Source: an uncultured Candidatus Binatia bacterium (lineage in GTDB: Bacteria > Desulfobacterota > Binatia > Bin18). Taken from it: a stretch of 64,000 bases of DNA. The position numbers and the translations under genes were made by a program. The stretch lies in NCBI GenBank assembly GCA_965207575.1, contig OZ242288.1:2941467-3005466 (forward strand). The letters are read 5' to 3'. Every line of letters starts with the position of its first letter. Within the stretch, counting starts at the first letter, position 1. Positions 35,313 through 48,659 of the stretch are shown piece by piece. Below the pieces are notes generated by a model. It made no database searches, was not told the origin of the DNA, and saw only the letters and a list, made by a program, of their open reading frames with translations.

Positions 35313-36998
35313 TCAGAGCGGCTGGAGCAGCGTACCGGGCAGCCCGCCCTGGTGGACATTGTCCGAAAAAACGATGTTGCCGCCGACAATGGTATGCTGG
35401 ACGCCGGTGGCCCGTTCAATCAGACGGGGCTTTTCTCCCGGCAGGTCGTTGACCCATTCGGGCGGCTGAGGACCGATCGTCTCGGGATCAAAAATGACCA
35501 GGTCTGCATCAAGGCCCGCGGCAAGACGGCCCTTCTTGGGCTGATTGAGAAACCGGGCCGGCTCCGAGGTCAGACGGCGCACGCCCTCCTCAAGCGGCAT
35601 GGCCTGGCGCTTTCTCACCCACTCCCCGAGCAGATAGGTCGGCACCCCGGCGTCGCAATGCTGGTCCACGTGCGCTCCGGCATCGGACAGGCCGATGAGA
35701 CAGTCGGGATTGGTGATCAGCTCACGCACTTCGTCAGGATTGGTGTTGATGACCGAGAGCGTAATGCCCATTTCCAGGTTTTCGTCAATGGCCAAGTCCA
35801 GGATCGTATCAACCGGGTCGCTATGCGTTTCCGTGGCAATGTCCGCGATGCTTTTGTTCAAGTGTCGGGTGTTATGGTCTTTCGTCACCTTGACCACGTG
35901 AACCTGATTCCACTGGTTGGTGAAAATGGCGCCGCCGATTTGCAGGTCCTGGCGAAAGGCCGCCCGGAACTCCGGCTTCCGGTAAAGCGCGATCTGTTCC
36001 GCAACCGGTCGATTGAACGCCTCCTTCCACGACGGCAGGCTGGCAAAGATAAAGGGCACCTTGAGAGTGTAGTACTGCTGGATGGGACGCGGGGTAACTT
36101 GGGGTGGAATCCGCAGTCCTTTGTCGAAAAAGGGTTGGAGGCGATCGAGGGCTGACCGGTAGACGCCGGGTTTATCCGACCGCCCCAGGAGCGCCAGCCA
36201 GGTGATCGGGCGCTGGCTGGCTTCGGCCATGGCCAGCAGCAATGCCAATTCCTCGTCGGTCAACACGCTCACGCTCCGGGTCAGCGCGATCTCGATGACG
36301 CCCTTGCCCAGCTCTTGCATCACCCGACCGAGCGCGCAGAGTTCCTTCTGGGTGGCCATACGACTCGCTAGGGGTTTGCCCTGGTAGCCGATGTGCTGAT
36401 CGAGCAGGCTCAGCGAGTAGCCATACGCCCCAGCCTGCATGGCTTCCCGAAAAAGAGCGGTCATGCGGGCGAGCTCTGCGTCGGTTGCCTCGCGCTCGGA
36501 GGCTTCGGCGCCCATGACAAAATAGCGAAAGCTGGATAGCGGCACCAGAAAACCCACGTTGAGGGCCGTGCCGCGTTGCCCGATGGCCTGCATATACTGC
36601 GGAAAACTCTCCCACTCATCCCAGGCCACGCCATTCAGCAGTACCTCTTGCGGCATGGCCTCCACGTTGACCAGGTCCCACGAGACAATCTCTTTCTCCT
36701 GCGGGCGACACGGCGCAACACCCACCCCGCAGTTGCCCATCAGGACGCTGGTCACCCCGTGCCAGCCCGAACAGGTGAGGAGCGGGTCCCAGGAGACCTG
36801 CGCGTCGTAGTGAGTATGAATATCGATAAACCCCGGCGCGACCACGCAACCGTCGGCGTTGACTGTCCGTGTTGCCGGTCCGGATACCGAGCCAACGTCG
36901 GTGATGACTCCGTCCTTGACTCCGACAGCACCGTGAAAGAGCGCCGCGCCAGTGCCATCACAAATCTGGGCGTCTGTAATGAGCAGGTCGTAGGCCAT
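35313..36998 (-). CDS. N-acyl-D-amino-acid deacylase family amidohydrolase, paralog 2
   Basis: 561 aa; about 60% identical to paralog 1 in the N-terminal half, with the same metal-binding motifs. Confidence 0.8.
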   Translation of the reverse strand: MAYDLLITDAQICDGTGAALFHGAVGVKDGVITDVGSVSGPATRTVNADGCVVAPGFIDIHTHYDAQVSWDPLLTCSGWHGVTSVLMGNCGVGVAPCRPQEKEIVSWDLVNVEAMPQEVLLNGVAWDEWESFPQYMQAIGQRGTALNVGFLVPLSSFRYFVMGAEASEREATDAELARMTALFREAMQAGAYGYSLSLLDQHIGYQGKPLASRMATQKELCALGRVMQELGKGVIEIALTRSVSVLTDEELALLLAMAEASQRPITWLALLGRSDKPGVYRSALDRLQPFFDKGLRIPPQVTPRPIQQYYTLKVPFIFASLPSWKEAFNRPVAEQIALYRKPEFRAAFRQDLQIGGAIFTNQWNQVHVVKVTKDHNTRHLNKSIADIATETHSDPVDTILDLAIDENLEMGITLSVINTNPDEVRELITNPDCLIGLSDAGAHVDQHCDAGVPTYLLGEWVRKRQAMPLEEGVRRLTSEPARFLNQPKKGRLAAGLDADLVIFDPETIGPQPPEWVNDLPGEKPRLIERATGVQHTIVGGNIVFSDNVHQGGLPGTLLQPL

Positions 36999-37010
36999 GC
37001 TTTCCCCCCT

Positions 37011-37241
37011 TTATTGACATTGGCCAATCTGGCTCGCATTGAGAATTGTGACACCTACGAGTTCTTTACCCCGGTAGTGGTACATTAAATCACCCTCCAT
37101 GCGGCTATCGGTGGCTTTCTGTGGTCGGCGGAAACTCACATACAATACGTCCGCCTCCTCGTCGTAGTCCAGCCACATCTTTTTTGCTCCCAGCTTAAGG
37201 AAATGGGCAGCCGACTCTAGGATGGCATCCGCTTCCGCCAT
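37011..37241 (-). CDS. DUF2283-family small protein
   Basis: YDEEADVLYVSF motif characteristic of DUF2283. Confidence 0.45.
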   Translation of the reverse strand: MAEADAILESAAHFLKLGAKKMWLDYDEEADVLYVSFRRPQKATDSRMEGDLMYHYRGKELVGVTILNASQIGQCQ

Positions 37242-37361
37242 AATATACCCTTTCGATACCGGTCTCTCCATGCCCTCTTCCCACTCAATGCTTAGACCGC
37301 TCCTGGTACCTAGGGATTCCAGGATACGAAAGAGCCGTATGAGTGGCTTTTATCCGGCAGG

Positions 37362-38402
37362 TTAATCTCCTGCGGGCTCTGCCGCCGAGGTGTCGTCGTC
37401 TCCCAGTCCGGCCTGCTCTTTGACATAGAGCGCGATCTGTTCGTGGGTGGCGAACCACACTCCGGGTTTGCTCTTCATATAGGTGACGAGCTTATCGAGC
37501 ATTTTCATGCGGTAGCGATGACCAATGACCTGGGGATGCATGGTGAGAATATACATAGACCCTTCTTCATAGGCCCCGTCAAATTCGTCTCTCCAGATCG
37601 AGTACACGTCATCGGCGTTGCGGATGCTGACGTGCCGGCTCGGCCAGCTTATTTGAAACAAGGGCCAATCGTCGAGTATCCACTCAACCGGAAGCTCAAT
37701 CAATCCGGTTTCTTCTCCGTTGGCCAGCAGGCTGTAGGGCCGGTCGTCCGCCATCATACTGCTCTCGTATAAAAAGCCCATTTCCTTGACGATCTGAATG
37801 GTCGCCGGGGTCAGGTCCCAGGCCGCGGACCGAAAGCCGGCCGGTCGTTTGCCCACTCTTTCGACAAAGATTTTCATGGCTTTCTCATACACGGCGCGCT
37901 CTTCTGCTTCACTCAGCGTCAGCGGATTTTCATGCACATAGGAGTGAAAACCGATCTCATAGTCGGCGTGTTTCTTGATTTCCTCAATGACCTGCGGATG
38001 CAGGACCATTGAGATGGCAGGAATAAAAAACGTGGCCGGGATGTCGTGCTTGTCCAAGAGGTTGAAGATGCGCGGCATGCCCGAGCGCGCGCCATACTCC
38101 CCCCGCGACATATACGAGGGGCTCTGCTGGCCCTGAAATCCCATCCAGACCGGCTCGGTGTCAAAGTCAAACGACAAACTCACCGCCACCCGCGTCCCGT
38201 CCGGCCAGGACTCAGGCGTCAGGTCCTTACCGCTCCGGACCGTGGCCACGTGTTGCTGAAACTGTTCCGGCTCCCACTGCCAGAGCGGAACTTCACCTTC
38301 GCCCGTCCCGTGGCTATGAGCGACCGAGGCTGGCCCCGCCAGCACTCCAAGACCCACGATCACAACGAGGCTCTTCATCCAATCCGACCACAGGTGCTTC
38401 AT
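37362..38402 (-). CDS. Secreted polysaccharide-deacetylase (NodB/CE4) family protein
   Basis: Signal peptide; NodB-homology motifs (DFD..., HSYVHE). Confidence 0.65.
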   Translation of the reverse strand: MKHLWSDWMKSLVVIVGLGVLAGPASVAHSHGTGEGEVPLWQWEPEQFQQHVATVRSGKDLTPESWPDGTRVAVSLSFDFDTEPVWMGFQGQQSPSYMSRGEYGARSGMPRIFNLLDKHDIPATFFIPAISMVLHPQVIEEIKKHADYEIGFHSYVHENPLTLSEAEERAVYEKAMKIFVERVGKRPAGFRSAAWDLTPATIQIVKEMGFLYESSMMADDRPYSLLANGEETGLIELPVEWILDDWPLFQISWPSRHVSIRNADDVYSIWRDEFDGAYEEGSMYILTMHPQVIGHRYRMKMLDKLVTYMKSKPGVWFATHEQIALYVKEQAGLGDDDTSAAEPAGD

Positions 38403-38472
38403 AATATCTTCTCCTAAATAAAGAATAGACGCTCACGACCAAAGCTACACTCCTTACCCGCCTTTTCAGTTG

Positions 38473-39030
38473 TTAAAAAGCAAGAAAAGGCCATGCGAGC
38501 CAAAGAGGATAGGCAGCAAGAACCGCCGCCGCTACGGCAACACCCATAGCCGTTTCAGCAGCATCTCCAGCCTTTGTCGTAGCGAGTTTGACCCAATACA
38601 AAGGGTGACAATTTTGGGCTTGCCCATAGGCTAATTTGGCTAGCTCAAAATCGACATTAGCTTGATCTCGCATGACCCTGGCCATATCAAGGGCGTCCAT
38701 AGCCAATCTCAGACCGTTCAGTGTCGCGCGGGAATCTACTACCGCCTGTTGCCAATCAGCTCGGGCTTGCACTCGTTGACTAGAAGAAGCTTTCCGGTCG
38801 AAGCGTACGGTCTGGAAGGCGCGTCCTAACTCATTACGCTTGATACGGGCGATCTCTGCTTCTACTTGGGCTTGCTCATAGGCCAATCTGGCAACCTCAA
38901 ACTCGGCATTAGCTTGCTCACCCGCAGATTCGGCAGCCTCAAGATCGGCTTGTAAGCGAGTACAAACACTCGCGAGTGAGGGGCTGGCAAGTAAGGTCAG
39001 GATAATAATGGAAAGGAAAACTCTTCTCAT
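38473..39030 (-). CDS. Secreted/membrane-anchored protein with internal coiled-coil repeats; unknown function
   Basis: Signal peptide; duplicated segment ANAEFEVARLAYEQAQ / ANVDFELAKLAYGQAQ (also visible as a DNA repeat); C-terminal hydrophobic helix. Confidence 0.3.
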   Translation of the reverse strand: MRRVFLSIIILTLLASPSLASVCTRLQADLEAAESAGEQANAEFEVARLAYEQAQVEAEIARIKRNELGRAFQTVRFDRKASSSQRVQARADWQQAVVDSRATLNGLRLAMDALDMARVMRDQANVDFELAKLAYGQAQNCHPLYWVKLATTKAGDAAETAMGVAVAAAVLAAYPLWLAWPFLAF

Positions 39031-39076
39031 ATCCTGTCTCTTCACTCCCCTAATAACACACACCCACACCCCACCT

Positions 39077-39430
39077 CTACGAGCGGGCGAATATCTGGAC
39101 GATATTGCCGGCCGGGTCCACCGCGGTGAAATATTTGCCGTGTCCGCCCATGTCTACGGTTTCGTTGACCGTGACGCCGTTTTGAGTCAGCTTCTCGCGC
39201 GTTTCTCCGAGGTCCTCGACCTCAAGCACCACGGTGGCTCCGCCGCCCGGAGGAACCGAGCCTTCGCTCGGATCGGCCAGGGCCACGCCAACCCCATTCA
39301 CGTCGAACTGGGTCCAGCGGTCGCCATCACGAAATTTGACATCGAGACCCAGGATATCCTGGTAAAAATTGACCGCCTGGTCCATATTGTTGACCACGTA
39401 GTACGCGCTTGAAAACTTTTTCACTGCCAT
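39077..39430 (-). CDS. VOC-family (glyoxalase-like) protein
   Basis: 117 aa; VOC fold pattern. Confidence 0.65.
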   Translation of the reverse strand: MAVKKFSSAYYVVNNMDQAVNFYQDILGLDVKFRDGDRWTQFDVNGVGVALADPSEGSVPPGGGATVVLEVEDLGETREKLTQNGVTVNETVDMGGHGKYFTAVDPAGNIVQIFARS

Positions 39431-39495
39431 GTCTGAATCTCCTCCTCGTTCCTTGGCGTTCAGCTATCAACTTTTTAATGGAGAGGCTATAGGCT

Positions 39496-40347
39496 ATGCC
39501 CGAACTCCCGGAAGTGGAAACTATTGTCCGTAAGCTCACACGTGGTGAACCCGCGGAGGCAGGACTGCCGACCTACCCGTCTCTGATAGGGACGGAGATC
39601 ACTCATGCCTGGGGGAATTGGCAGAATTCCATACGACCGTCCATTCGAGCGGTCACCCGCACCTTGCCTGGCCACCGGATCGAATCCCTCGGACGGCGCG
39701 GGAAATATATCGTCTTGACCCTGCGGTCCGCTGCGGACGCCTCCGTTCGATATCTCGTCATCCACCTCAAAATGAGCGGGCGGATCGAGGTCCGTGAAAC
39801 CGGCTATCCACGGCATAAGCATGTGCATTTCACCTGCGATTTCAGCACGGGCTATAGCCTGCATTTTCATGACGCGCGCAAGTTTGGACGGGTCTATTGC
39901 GTGGACGACCTCGAAACCGTGACCGGCCATCTCGGCCCGGAACCGTTAGCACCCGGCTTTACGCTGCGGCGCTTTCGGCCGCTGGTTGCGAAAAAAACCG
40001 GTGGACTCAAGGCGCTGCTGCTGAATCAGTCTTTTGTTGCCGGGGTGGGCAATATTTATGCGGACGAAGCGCTCTGGCGAGCCAGGCTCCACCCCTTCTG
40101 CCGGGCCGCTGACCTCAACAACCGTCAGGTTGCGGCGCTGCATAAGGCAATTCGAGCGGCGCTGAACGACGGCATCAAGCACAACGGCGCGGCCATTGAT
40201 TGGGTTTATCCTGAGGGCAACTATCAGAATTTCTTCCGGGTCTATGGCCGAACGGGCAAGCCCTGCCGGCGGTGTCGGTCCCCAATCGAGCGCACCCTGG
40301 TCGGACAGCGCAGCACGCATTTTTGCCCGCAGTGCCAGCGACTTTGA
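39496..40347 (+). CDS. mutM: Formamidopyrimidine-DNA glycosylase (Fpg/MutM)
   Basis: N-terminal MPELPEVE; C-terminal CxxC...CxxC zinc finger. Confidence 0.85.
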   Translation: MPELPEVETIVRKLTRGEPAEAGLPTYPSLIGTEITHAWGNWQNSIRPSIRAVTRTLPGHRIESLGRRGKYIVLTLRSAADASVRYLVIHLKMSGRIEVRETGYPRHKHVHFTCDFSTGYSLHFHDARKFGRVYCVDDLETVTGHLGPEPLAPGFTLRRFRPLVAKKTGGLKALLLNQSFVAGVGNIYADEALWRARLHPFCRAADLNNRQVAALHKAIRAALNDGIKHNGAAIDWVYPEGNYQNFFRVYGRTGKPCRRCRSPIERTLVGQRSTHFCPQCQRL

Positions 40348-40994
40348 GCGGCGGGCGCGGTCCTCTTCTGAGAAAGACTATCTGGAGCCGTCTACGCGGA
40401 CCGTCACGATGTCGATGTCGTGGTACTGCTGGTGCCGGACGGATGACGCAAAGTGCCGGAGCAGGCGGAGCGAGAGTTCGCGCTCGTTCGGCTGGTCGAC
40501 CTGCTCCCTCAGAATCAGCATGCGGTCTTCCAGATTGTCTTCTCCGAGTGCGGCGATGAAGTCCAACTCCGCGGTTCCGTGGTCGTTCCGCGCTACCACG
40601 AGCAGGTGCCGCCCCTCACGGTCGGCCTCGTCCTCCTCCTGATGGACAAGACTCAACAGCGCTTCCTCTCCAGCCGAGCAGAGGCGTTCGGTGGACCCAG
40701 GGTTCCAGCGCATGCGTGCCGCCAAGGCACGCAGGAAGGCGTCAAGCTGAGGCAGGCCGGCAATATCCAGTTCCATGGCAAGGCGGCTCCGCCGGGGTGC
40801 GGTCAACTCCATGAACAGAAGCAGCACGAGCAAGGTCAGGCCACCGGACGTCATGCCGTCTTCGAGCATCTTGCTTATGGTCTCGCTCAGATAGTCCGTG
40901 AAAAGGGCCTGGCTCTGAAAGCCTACTCCGACCAGGAACCCGACCCCGACGATGAGCGACATGCGCGTGTCGATCCCATCCTGCACCATAAGCT

Positions 40995-41846
40995 TTAGGG
41001 TCTGGACTCATAACCAATAGGTAACGATGGCAGCGAGGGCGACGGTGGCGAGGTAATTGTGGGCGAGCTTATCGTAGCGGGTGGCAACCCGCCGCCAGTC
41101 CTTGAGCCGACAGAAGGTACGCTCGATAACATTACGCGCCCGGTAGGCCGTTTTGTCGAAGGGATGTTTCCGCTTGCGCGTCGGGTTGTTAGGGATGACG
41201 GGCTGACAGCCGCGGGTCCACAGCCAAGCGCGCAACGCATCACTGTCATAGGCGGTATCGGCTAGGCAGCGTGCCGGCCGCAGGGTGGCCACAAGAGCGA
41301 CCCCAACGGGCGCGTCCCCGCGATGCCCCGGCCCGAGAATCAGCCGCCGGGGGCGGCCAGACTCATCGACCGCCGCATGGATTTTCGTGGTCCGCCCCCC
41401 GCGTGACCGCCCGATTGCCTGCTGCTGCGCCCCCCTTTTCCGCCCGCCGCCGACCGATGCGCCTTGACGTGGGTCGCGTCCAGCATCAGCGTCCCAGGCG
41501 GGCCGCCAGCCTTTGCCAGTTCCGTAAACACGCGCTCCCAGACCCCCTTGCGTGCCCAGCGGACGAACCGGTTGTACAACGTCTTGGGTGGGCCATAGAC
41601 CGCTGGCGCATCGCGCCACCGGCACCCGCTCTGCAACACGTGCACGATCCCCGAGATCACCCGCCGGTCGTCCACCCGGGGCACGCCGCGGGTGTCCGTC
41701 GGTAACAGTGGCTGGAGCCGGGCGAATTGCCCTTTGGAAAGCCAGAAATGAGTGGCCATCGCCTCCTCCCTCTCCCGTGAAAGTGGAGGGGAAGAGAATC
41801 ACAATCCGCTGGAAATGCACATCCCGTTTATAGGTCCTGACCCTAA
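40995..41846 (-). mobile_element. IS5-family (IS427-group-like) insertion sequence, about 852 bp
   Basis: Imperfect terminal inverted repeats TTAGGGTCTGGAC (40995-) and GTCCTGACCCTAA (-41846); flanking TA/TAA consistent with a short target duplication; internal two-ORF transposase. Confidence 0.7.
41008..41759 (-). CDS. IS5/IS427-group transposase (OrfA-OrfB, expressed by programmed frameshift)
   Basis: OrfA (41340-41759) MATHFWLSKGQFARLQPLLP...MLDATHVKAH. The overlapping OrfB continues ...RTTKIHAAVDESGRPRRLILGPGH...DTAYDSDALR...NVIERTFCRLKDWRRVATRYDK with a DDE motif. A slippery G/A-rich run lies in the overlap. Confidence 0.65.
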
Positions 41847-43090
41847 CGCCTGCACGAAAACCAGCGCTATCAGCACGAACAGATACGCGCCGACCACAGG
41901 CGCGGGAATAGCGATCAGCAGGGCCGTCACTTTGGGCAGGAAGGCCAGCCCGATGAAGATGAGCCCGATATACACACCGACACTCCGCGCGCCGACTCCC
42001 GTCAATTCGGCCAGAGAGACGCTTGCTGAATAGGTGGCGTTCGGGATGGTGCCGGCCAAACCGGACAACAGATTACCGAGACCGTCCGCGTTGACCGCGC
42101 CTTGGACAAGACGCAGATCAACCGTCCGCCGGTCGCGCCACGAGATATGCTGAATGGCGGTGGTATCCGCAATCGTGTCGACAGCCCCGATCAGAGTCAC
42201 GAAGACGAACGACGGCAGGAGCAGCCAAAAGCGCCCGTCAAACGTGAGATCAAACCCCGGCCAGACGATATGTGGCAGGCCGATCCATGCGGCGGCGGCA
42301 ACGCGCTGCGTATCATAGAGGCCGAAGAACGCAGCAACGATACAGCCTCCGCCCAGCCCAATGACCGGAGCCCATAGCCGCCAGGCGTCCGGTGCCCGCA
42401 GGGTCAGAGCCGCAATGATGCTCAGGGTGACAACGACGCACACCGGAGCTGCGGACGCCGGCGTACCCTCGGGCACCTTGGTCATCAGGTCGAATACGAC
42501 CGGAATAACGGTGAGAACAATCAGGGCAAGAAGCGTACCGGACACGACTGGTGTGACAAAACGCCGGAGCAACGACAGGCGTGCTGCCAGGGCGAACTGG
42601 ATCGCCGATGAGACGATAATCAGGGTCGCGAGCAGCGCCGGCCCACCCTCCGTGAGCGCCGTGATGGAGACGGCGATAAAAGAGGCAGAAGTGCCCATAA
42701 TCAAGATGTGCCCGGCCCCAAACCGCCCGACCCGCACGGCCTGCACGATCGTGGTGATCCCACTGATGAGCACGGCCATAAAGATGGCCCATGAGGTGTA
42801 GGCTTCGCCCTGGTCTGCCGCCTGCATTATGACGAGTGGCAAGGTGATTATTGGTGTAAACGTGAGGATGGCGGCCTGGAAACCGAGACCGACGGCAAGC
42901 GCGCGCGGCGGCCGTTCGTCCGGTTGGTAGCGGACGCTGTGCGAAGAGTTCGCGGTTTGTGATTCCATCGCAAATGTATTCCTTTAGGCTTTTCCGTGAG
43001 ACCGGTACGGACGGGGAAAGGACCGCTGCACGGCAGCCCTTCCTTATTGTTATGGCGGCTCAGAAATCTATAGGCCGCCCGCAACAGGCG

Positions 43091-43792
43091 CTACCATTCC
43101 TCGCCAAACGGCCGGACTTCCACATTGAACGACCAGCCCGAGCGGTCCTGATGGGCGACGTGGTAGGCCGTATCGGCGATGGCCGACGGCTGAATGAAAA
43201 AATCGTCCGGCTTGTCGGGCAGCATCTTGCGCGTCCAGGCCAGGTCAATCACCGCATCGATGACGATATAGGCGACATGAATGCCCTGGGGGCCCAAGGT
43301 GCGGGCCATGGACTCCGAGAGGATACGCTGGGCGGCTTTGGTCGGGGCAAAGCCGGCAAAACGGGGCTTCCCGCGTAACGCGGAAGTATTCCCGGAGGAT
43401 ATGATCACGCCCTTGCCGGCTTCGATCATATCCGGCGCGACCGCCCTGGCCAGATACAGCAGCCCCATTGTATTGACCTGAAAATTGTCAGCCAGCGTTT
43501 GCGGCTCGATTTCGAGAAAAGTGCCGAACGCGCCGCCCACCGCATTATGAATCAGGATTTCGGGCGCACCCATTTCTTCTTTCACCTGGGCGACCGTGGC
43601 GTTGACGGCGGCCTCGTCAGACACGTCGCACACATAGCCGCGTGAGCCTGCAATTTCCTTTTCCAGTTGCGATAAACGCTCCTGGGTCCGGGCCAGCATG
43701 GCCACGCGATAGCCGCCCTGGGCAAAGCGGCGGCTGAGCGACGCTCCGGTTCCAGGGCCCACCCCGGTAATCAAACACACAGGTCCAGCCAT
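43091..43792 (-). CDS. SDR-family short-chain dehydrogenase/reductase
   Basis: TGVGPGTGAS cofactor motif and YxxxK-type active site. Confidence 0.8.
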   Translation of the reverse strand: MAGPVCLITGVGPGTGASLSRRFAQGGYRVAMLARTQERLSQLEKEIAGSRGYVCDVSDEAAVNATVAQVKEEMGAPEILIHNAVGGAFGTFLEIEPQTLADNFQVNTMGLLYLARAVAPDMIEAGKGVIISSGNTSALRGKPRFAGFAPTKAAQRILSESMARTLGPQGIHVAYIVIDAVIDLAWTRKMLPDKPDDFFIQPSAIADTAYHVAHQDRSGWSFNVEVRPFGEEW

Positions 43793-43964
43793 ACTCTTTC
43801 CCTTCTCACCGTCCGTGCAGACTCAGCAGATGATCCCGCCAAAAGAGCGCAGCAGGATTCCGGCCATCTTTATCAGCAGGGACACATCGGCCTCCAGACA
43901 ATACAGTGGAGAATTTCTACCCAGAAGTGCCGTACCCCGCAACCGCTTGTTCGCGTTAGCCGGA

Positions 43965-44140
43965 CCACACCAGAGCAAATAACGATACTGTGTAGCCATC
44001 CGTCATTCCTGCGCAAGAACGTCACCCCGGCCCAAGAGCCGGGGCAGGAATCCAGGCCCCTGGCCCCCCCGGTTTCTGGATGCCGGATCAAAGCCTGCCC
44101 CGGACATGATCCGGGGTCCGGCATGACAAGAGTGTACTGA
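43965..44140 (+). repeat. MITE-like structured repeat, copy B (with nested extra hairpins)
   Basis: Shares CAGAGCAAATAACGAT...GTAGCC.TCCGTCATTCCTGCGCAAG...GCAGGAATCCAGG and GGATGCCGGATCA...TCCGGCATGAC modules with copies A, C and E. Confidence 0.5.
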
Positions 44141-44292
44141 CAACGAACAACAGCAGCGTTTACACTCCGCCGCTCAACAATGTTTCGGAACGCTGAACAG
44201 TGGAGGCTCCGATCTGGCAACGCTGGCGAAAGAGCGGGTTCGTCGAAAAATTCGAGAGCAACCTACACGCCCACGGACCCATTGAGACGTCT

Positions 44293-45705
44293 TCAGAAAA
44301 TCGTGATCCACAGCGAGTACAGCGCAAAGCCGCCGTATATCACCGAGGCGATGAGCATCATGACAATCGACACCAGCCCCGGTCGGGCCGAGGGCGGCAG
44401 GGTGCGCAGATTCATATACAGCATCAAGGGCACGTACAGGGCCATGGTCAGCCCGCTGAGCAGGGCGGCGTTAAACAGAAAGCCCAGCCCGGTGACGGCG
44501 AAACGCTCAAAAAACCAGGTGCTGACCGTACCGGCAACCATAAAGAGCACGGCAAAGGGAACGTATAATTTGGCCTGGTCGATCTTTGCCCCAAACGGGA
44601 ACGATGTACGAATAATATAGGACCAGACCCGGGCGTTGCCGTCGACGCTGACTAATTGGGTGCTGAAGAGCGTGGCCATGCCGATTGCCAGAAAGAGATA
44701 AAATCCCACCGCGCCCATGGAGTTTTCCAGAATCAGCGACATGTCCCAGATAATCCGTCCCTCTGCCGGGACAACACCGCTGGGGCGTAAGACGCACAGC
44801 ACCCCAAACATGAACAGAAACATGGTGAAGCTGTTCAGCCCCCAGAAGAACAGGCACTGGTCCAGGCGTATCCAGCGAAACCAGCCCTTGAAGGCGCGTT
44901 GGTTGGCTTCCGTTTCCGGGTACAGATAGCCGGTGGCCTCTTCCTCGTTCGACCCACCCCGCAACGGGTTTTGGAGCCGGGGCATACGCGCCCCCATGCC
45001 GATGTTCTTGTCGCGCAGATAAAAGGCGTACCACAGGTTGCCGGCTCCGCCGGCACCGGCGAACACCACGGCCCCAAAAAAGCGGCTGAAGGGGAAATCC
45101 TCCGTCAATTCGATGTGGCCGAAGTTCACCAGCCCGCGCGCCATCTCGGAAACATGTTCCATGGTTCCGACCTGAAAAGCCACAAAAGTCAGCCCCAGCG
45201 TAATGAAGACGACCATGCCGATGACGATCCGTTCCATGGCCTGGTACATGACTTTGGGGCCAAAGAGCGTGGCGGCGATCAACACAAAGGTCAGGCCGGT
45301 CCACATCCAGTCCGCTCCGGGTCCGTCCGGTCCGAAAATCAGGCCCTTCAGGGCCGCACCGGAAACACGAGCCCAGCCAGGCAGAAACAGCCCGGCGAAA
45401 GTCAGAAACAAGAGGATGTAAATAAAGCCCATCCAGACCCGGGCAAAGCCGGTGTACGGCGCTTCGCCGGTGACGATGGTCCAGCGGCCAATCTCAAAGT
45501 TGACCCAGAGTTGCAGAAAGACGCCCAGCGCCGCGGCCCAGGCCATGCTGGCGCCAAACTTGGCCGTAATCCACGGCCACATCACCAGTTCGCCGGCGCC
45601 GATGGAAAGCCCGACCAGAACCGCCCCCGGCCCGGCCAGTTGCCAGAACGAACGGGTGCGCGGCGGCAGGTCCGCGGTTTTGAGTGGTGTAATACGTGAG
45701 CCCAA
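44293..45705 (-). CDS. NRAMP-related (SLC11-like) membrane transporter, putative metal-ion transporter
   Basis: 470 aa, about 11 TM helices. N-terminal region aligns by eye to the Nramp GPG...DPGN segment, but with GAGE replacing DPGN. Confidence 0.45.
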   Translation of the reverse strand: MGSRITPLKTADLPPRTRSFWQLAGPGAVLVGLSIGAGELVMWPWITAKFGASMAWAAALGVFLQLWVNFEIGRWTIVTGEAPYTGFARVWMGFIYILLFLTFAGLFLPGWARVSGAALKGLIFGPDGPGADWMWTGLTFVLIAATLFGPKVMYQAMERIVIGMVVFITLGLTFVAFQVGTMEHVSEMARGLVNFGHIELTEDFPFSRFFGAVVFAGAGGAGNLWYAFYLRDKNIGMGARMPRLQNPLRGGSNEEEATGYLYPETEANQRAFKGWFRWIRLDQCLFFWGLNSFTMFLFMFGVLCVLRPSGVVPAEGRIIWDMSLILENSMGAVGFYLFLAIGMATLFSTQLVSVDGNARVWSYIIRTSFPFGAKIDQAKLYVPFAVLFMVAGTVSTWFFERFAVTGLGFLFNAALLSGLTMALYVPLMLYMNLRTLPPSARPGLVSIVMMLIASVIYGGFALYSLWITIF

Positions 45706-45757
45706 GCCATCCTCCTTGTGGTCGGAGGATTGTAGGGGGGATGGTTAATAAGGACAA

Positions 45758-46040
45758 CTAGCGCGTTTCACGATGCTATGTAGCCGCCCGTCATGCCTGT
45801 GAAAGAACGTCACCCCTGTGCAAGCAGGGGCAGGAATCCAGGTTTCCCACCCCCCGGACAGACCCTTCGACAAGCTCAGGCCAGGCCCTTCGACTTCGCT
45901 CCGCTACGCTCAGGACAAACGTGAAGCCGTTCGTGCTGAGCGTAGCCCGCAAGGGCGGAGTCGAAGCAGGGAGGCCGGATCACGTCCGGCATGATGGAGG
46001 GAAGCGGCTGGCTCTACGGCATCGTGAATTGCTCTAGCGC
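45758..46040 (+). repeat. MITE-like structured repeat, copy C (longest, about 283 bp)
   Basis: Terminal inverted repeats CTAGCGCGTTTCACGATG / CATCGTGAATTGCTCTAG; contains a long internal hairpin. Confidence 0.55.
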
Positions 46041-46181
46041 CCAGCGTCGAGACGAGCCCCGGCTCGCCCGGCGGGGCGAGACACGAGGAACAGCGCCCAG
46101 TGGGGCGTGGTCAGGGAAATAGTCGCCCCCGCAGCGCATCGGGCTCCGCGCGTACGCGGGTGCCGGGTATCCCGCCCGGTC

Positions 46182-48659
<2,478 letters not shown>

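Larger units (their letters stand above)
40378..42968 (-). pseudogene. NCS2 (nucleobase/xanthine-uracil) permease gene interrupted by an IS insertion; the C-terminal fragment carries an additional approximately 140-aa soluble domain
   Basis: The N-terminal 374 aa (41847-42968) are NCS2-like. The ORF then runs into IS sequence and stops. The downstream fragment 40378-40989 resumes with NCS2 C-terminal TM helices (SLIVGVGFLVGVGF...). Confidence 0.6.

Noticed and set aside
41761-41795. CCTCCCTCTCCC...GGAGGGG sequence resembling the CCCTCTCCC/GGGAGAGGG hairpin family.
   Set aside because: It lies inside the IS element 5' UTR and the arms are not properly complementary. It is not counted as a family member.
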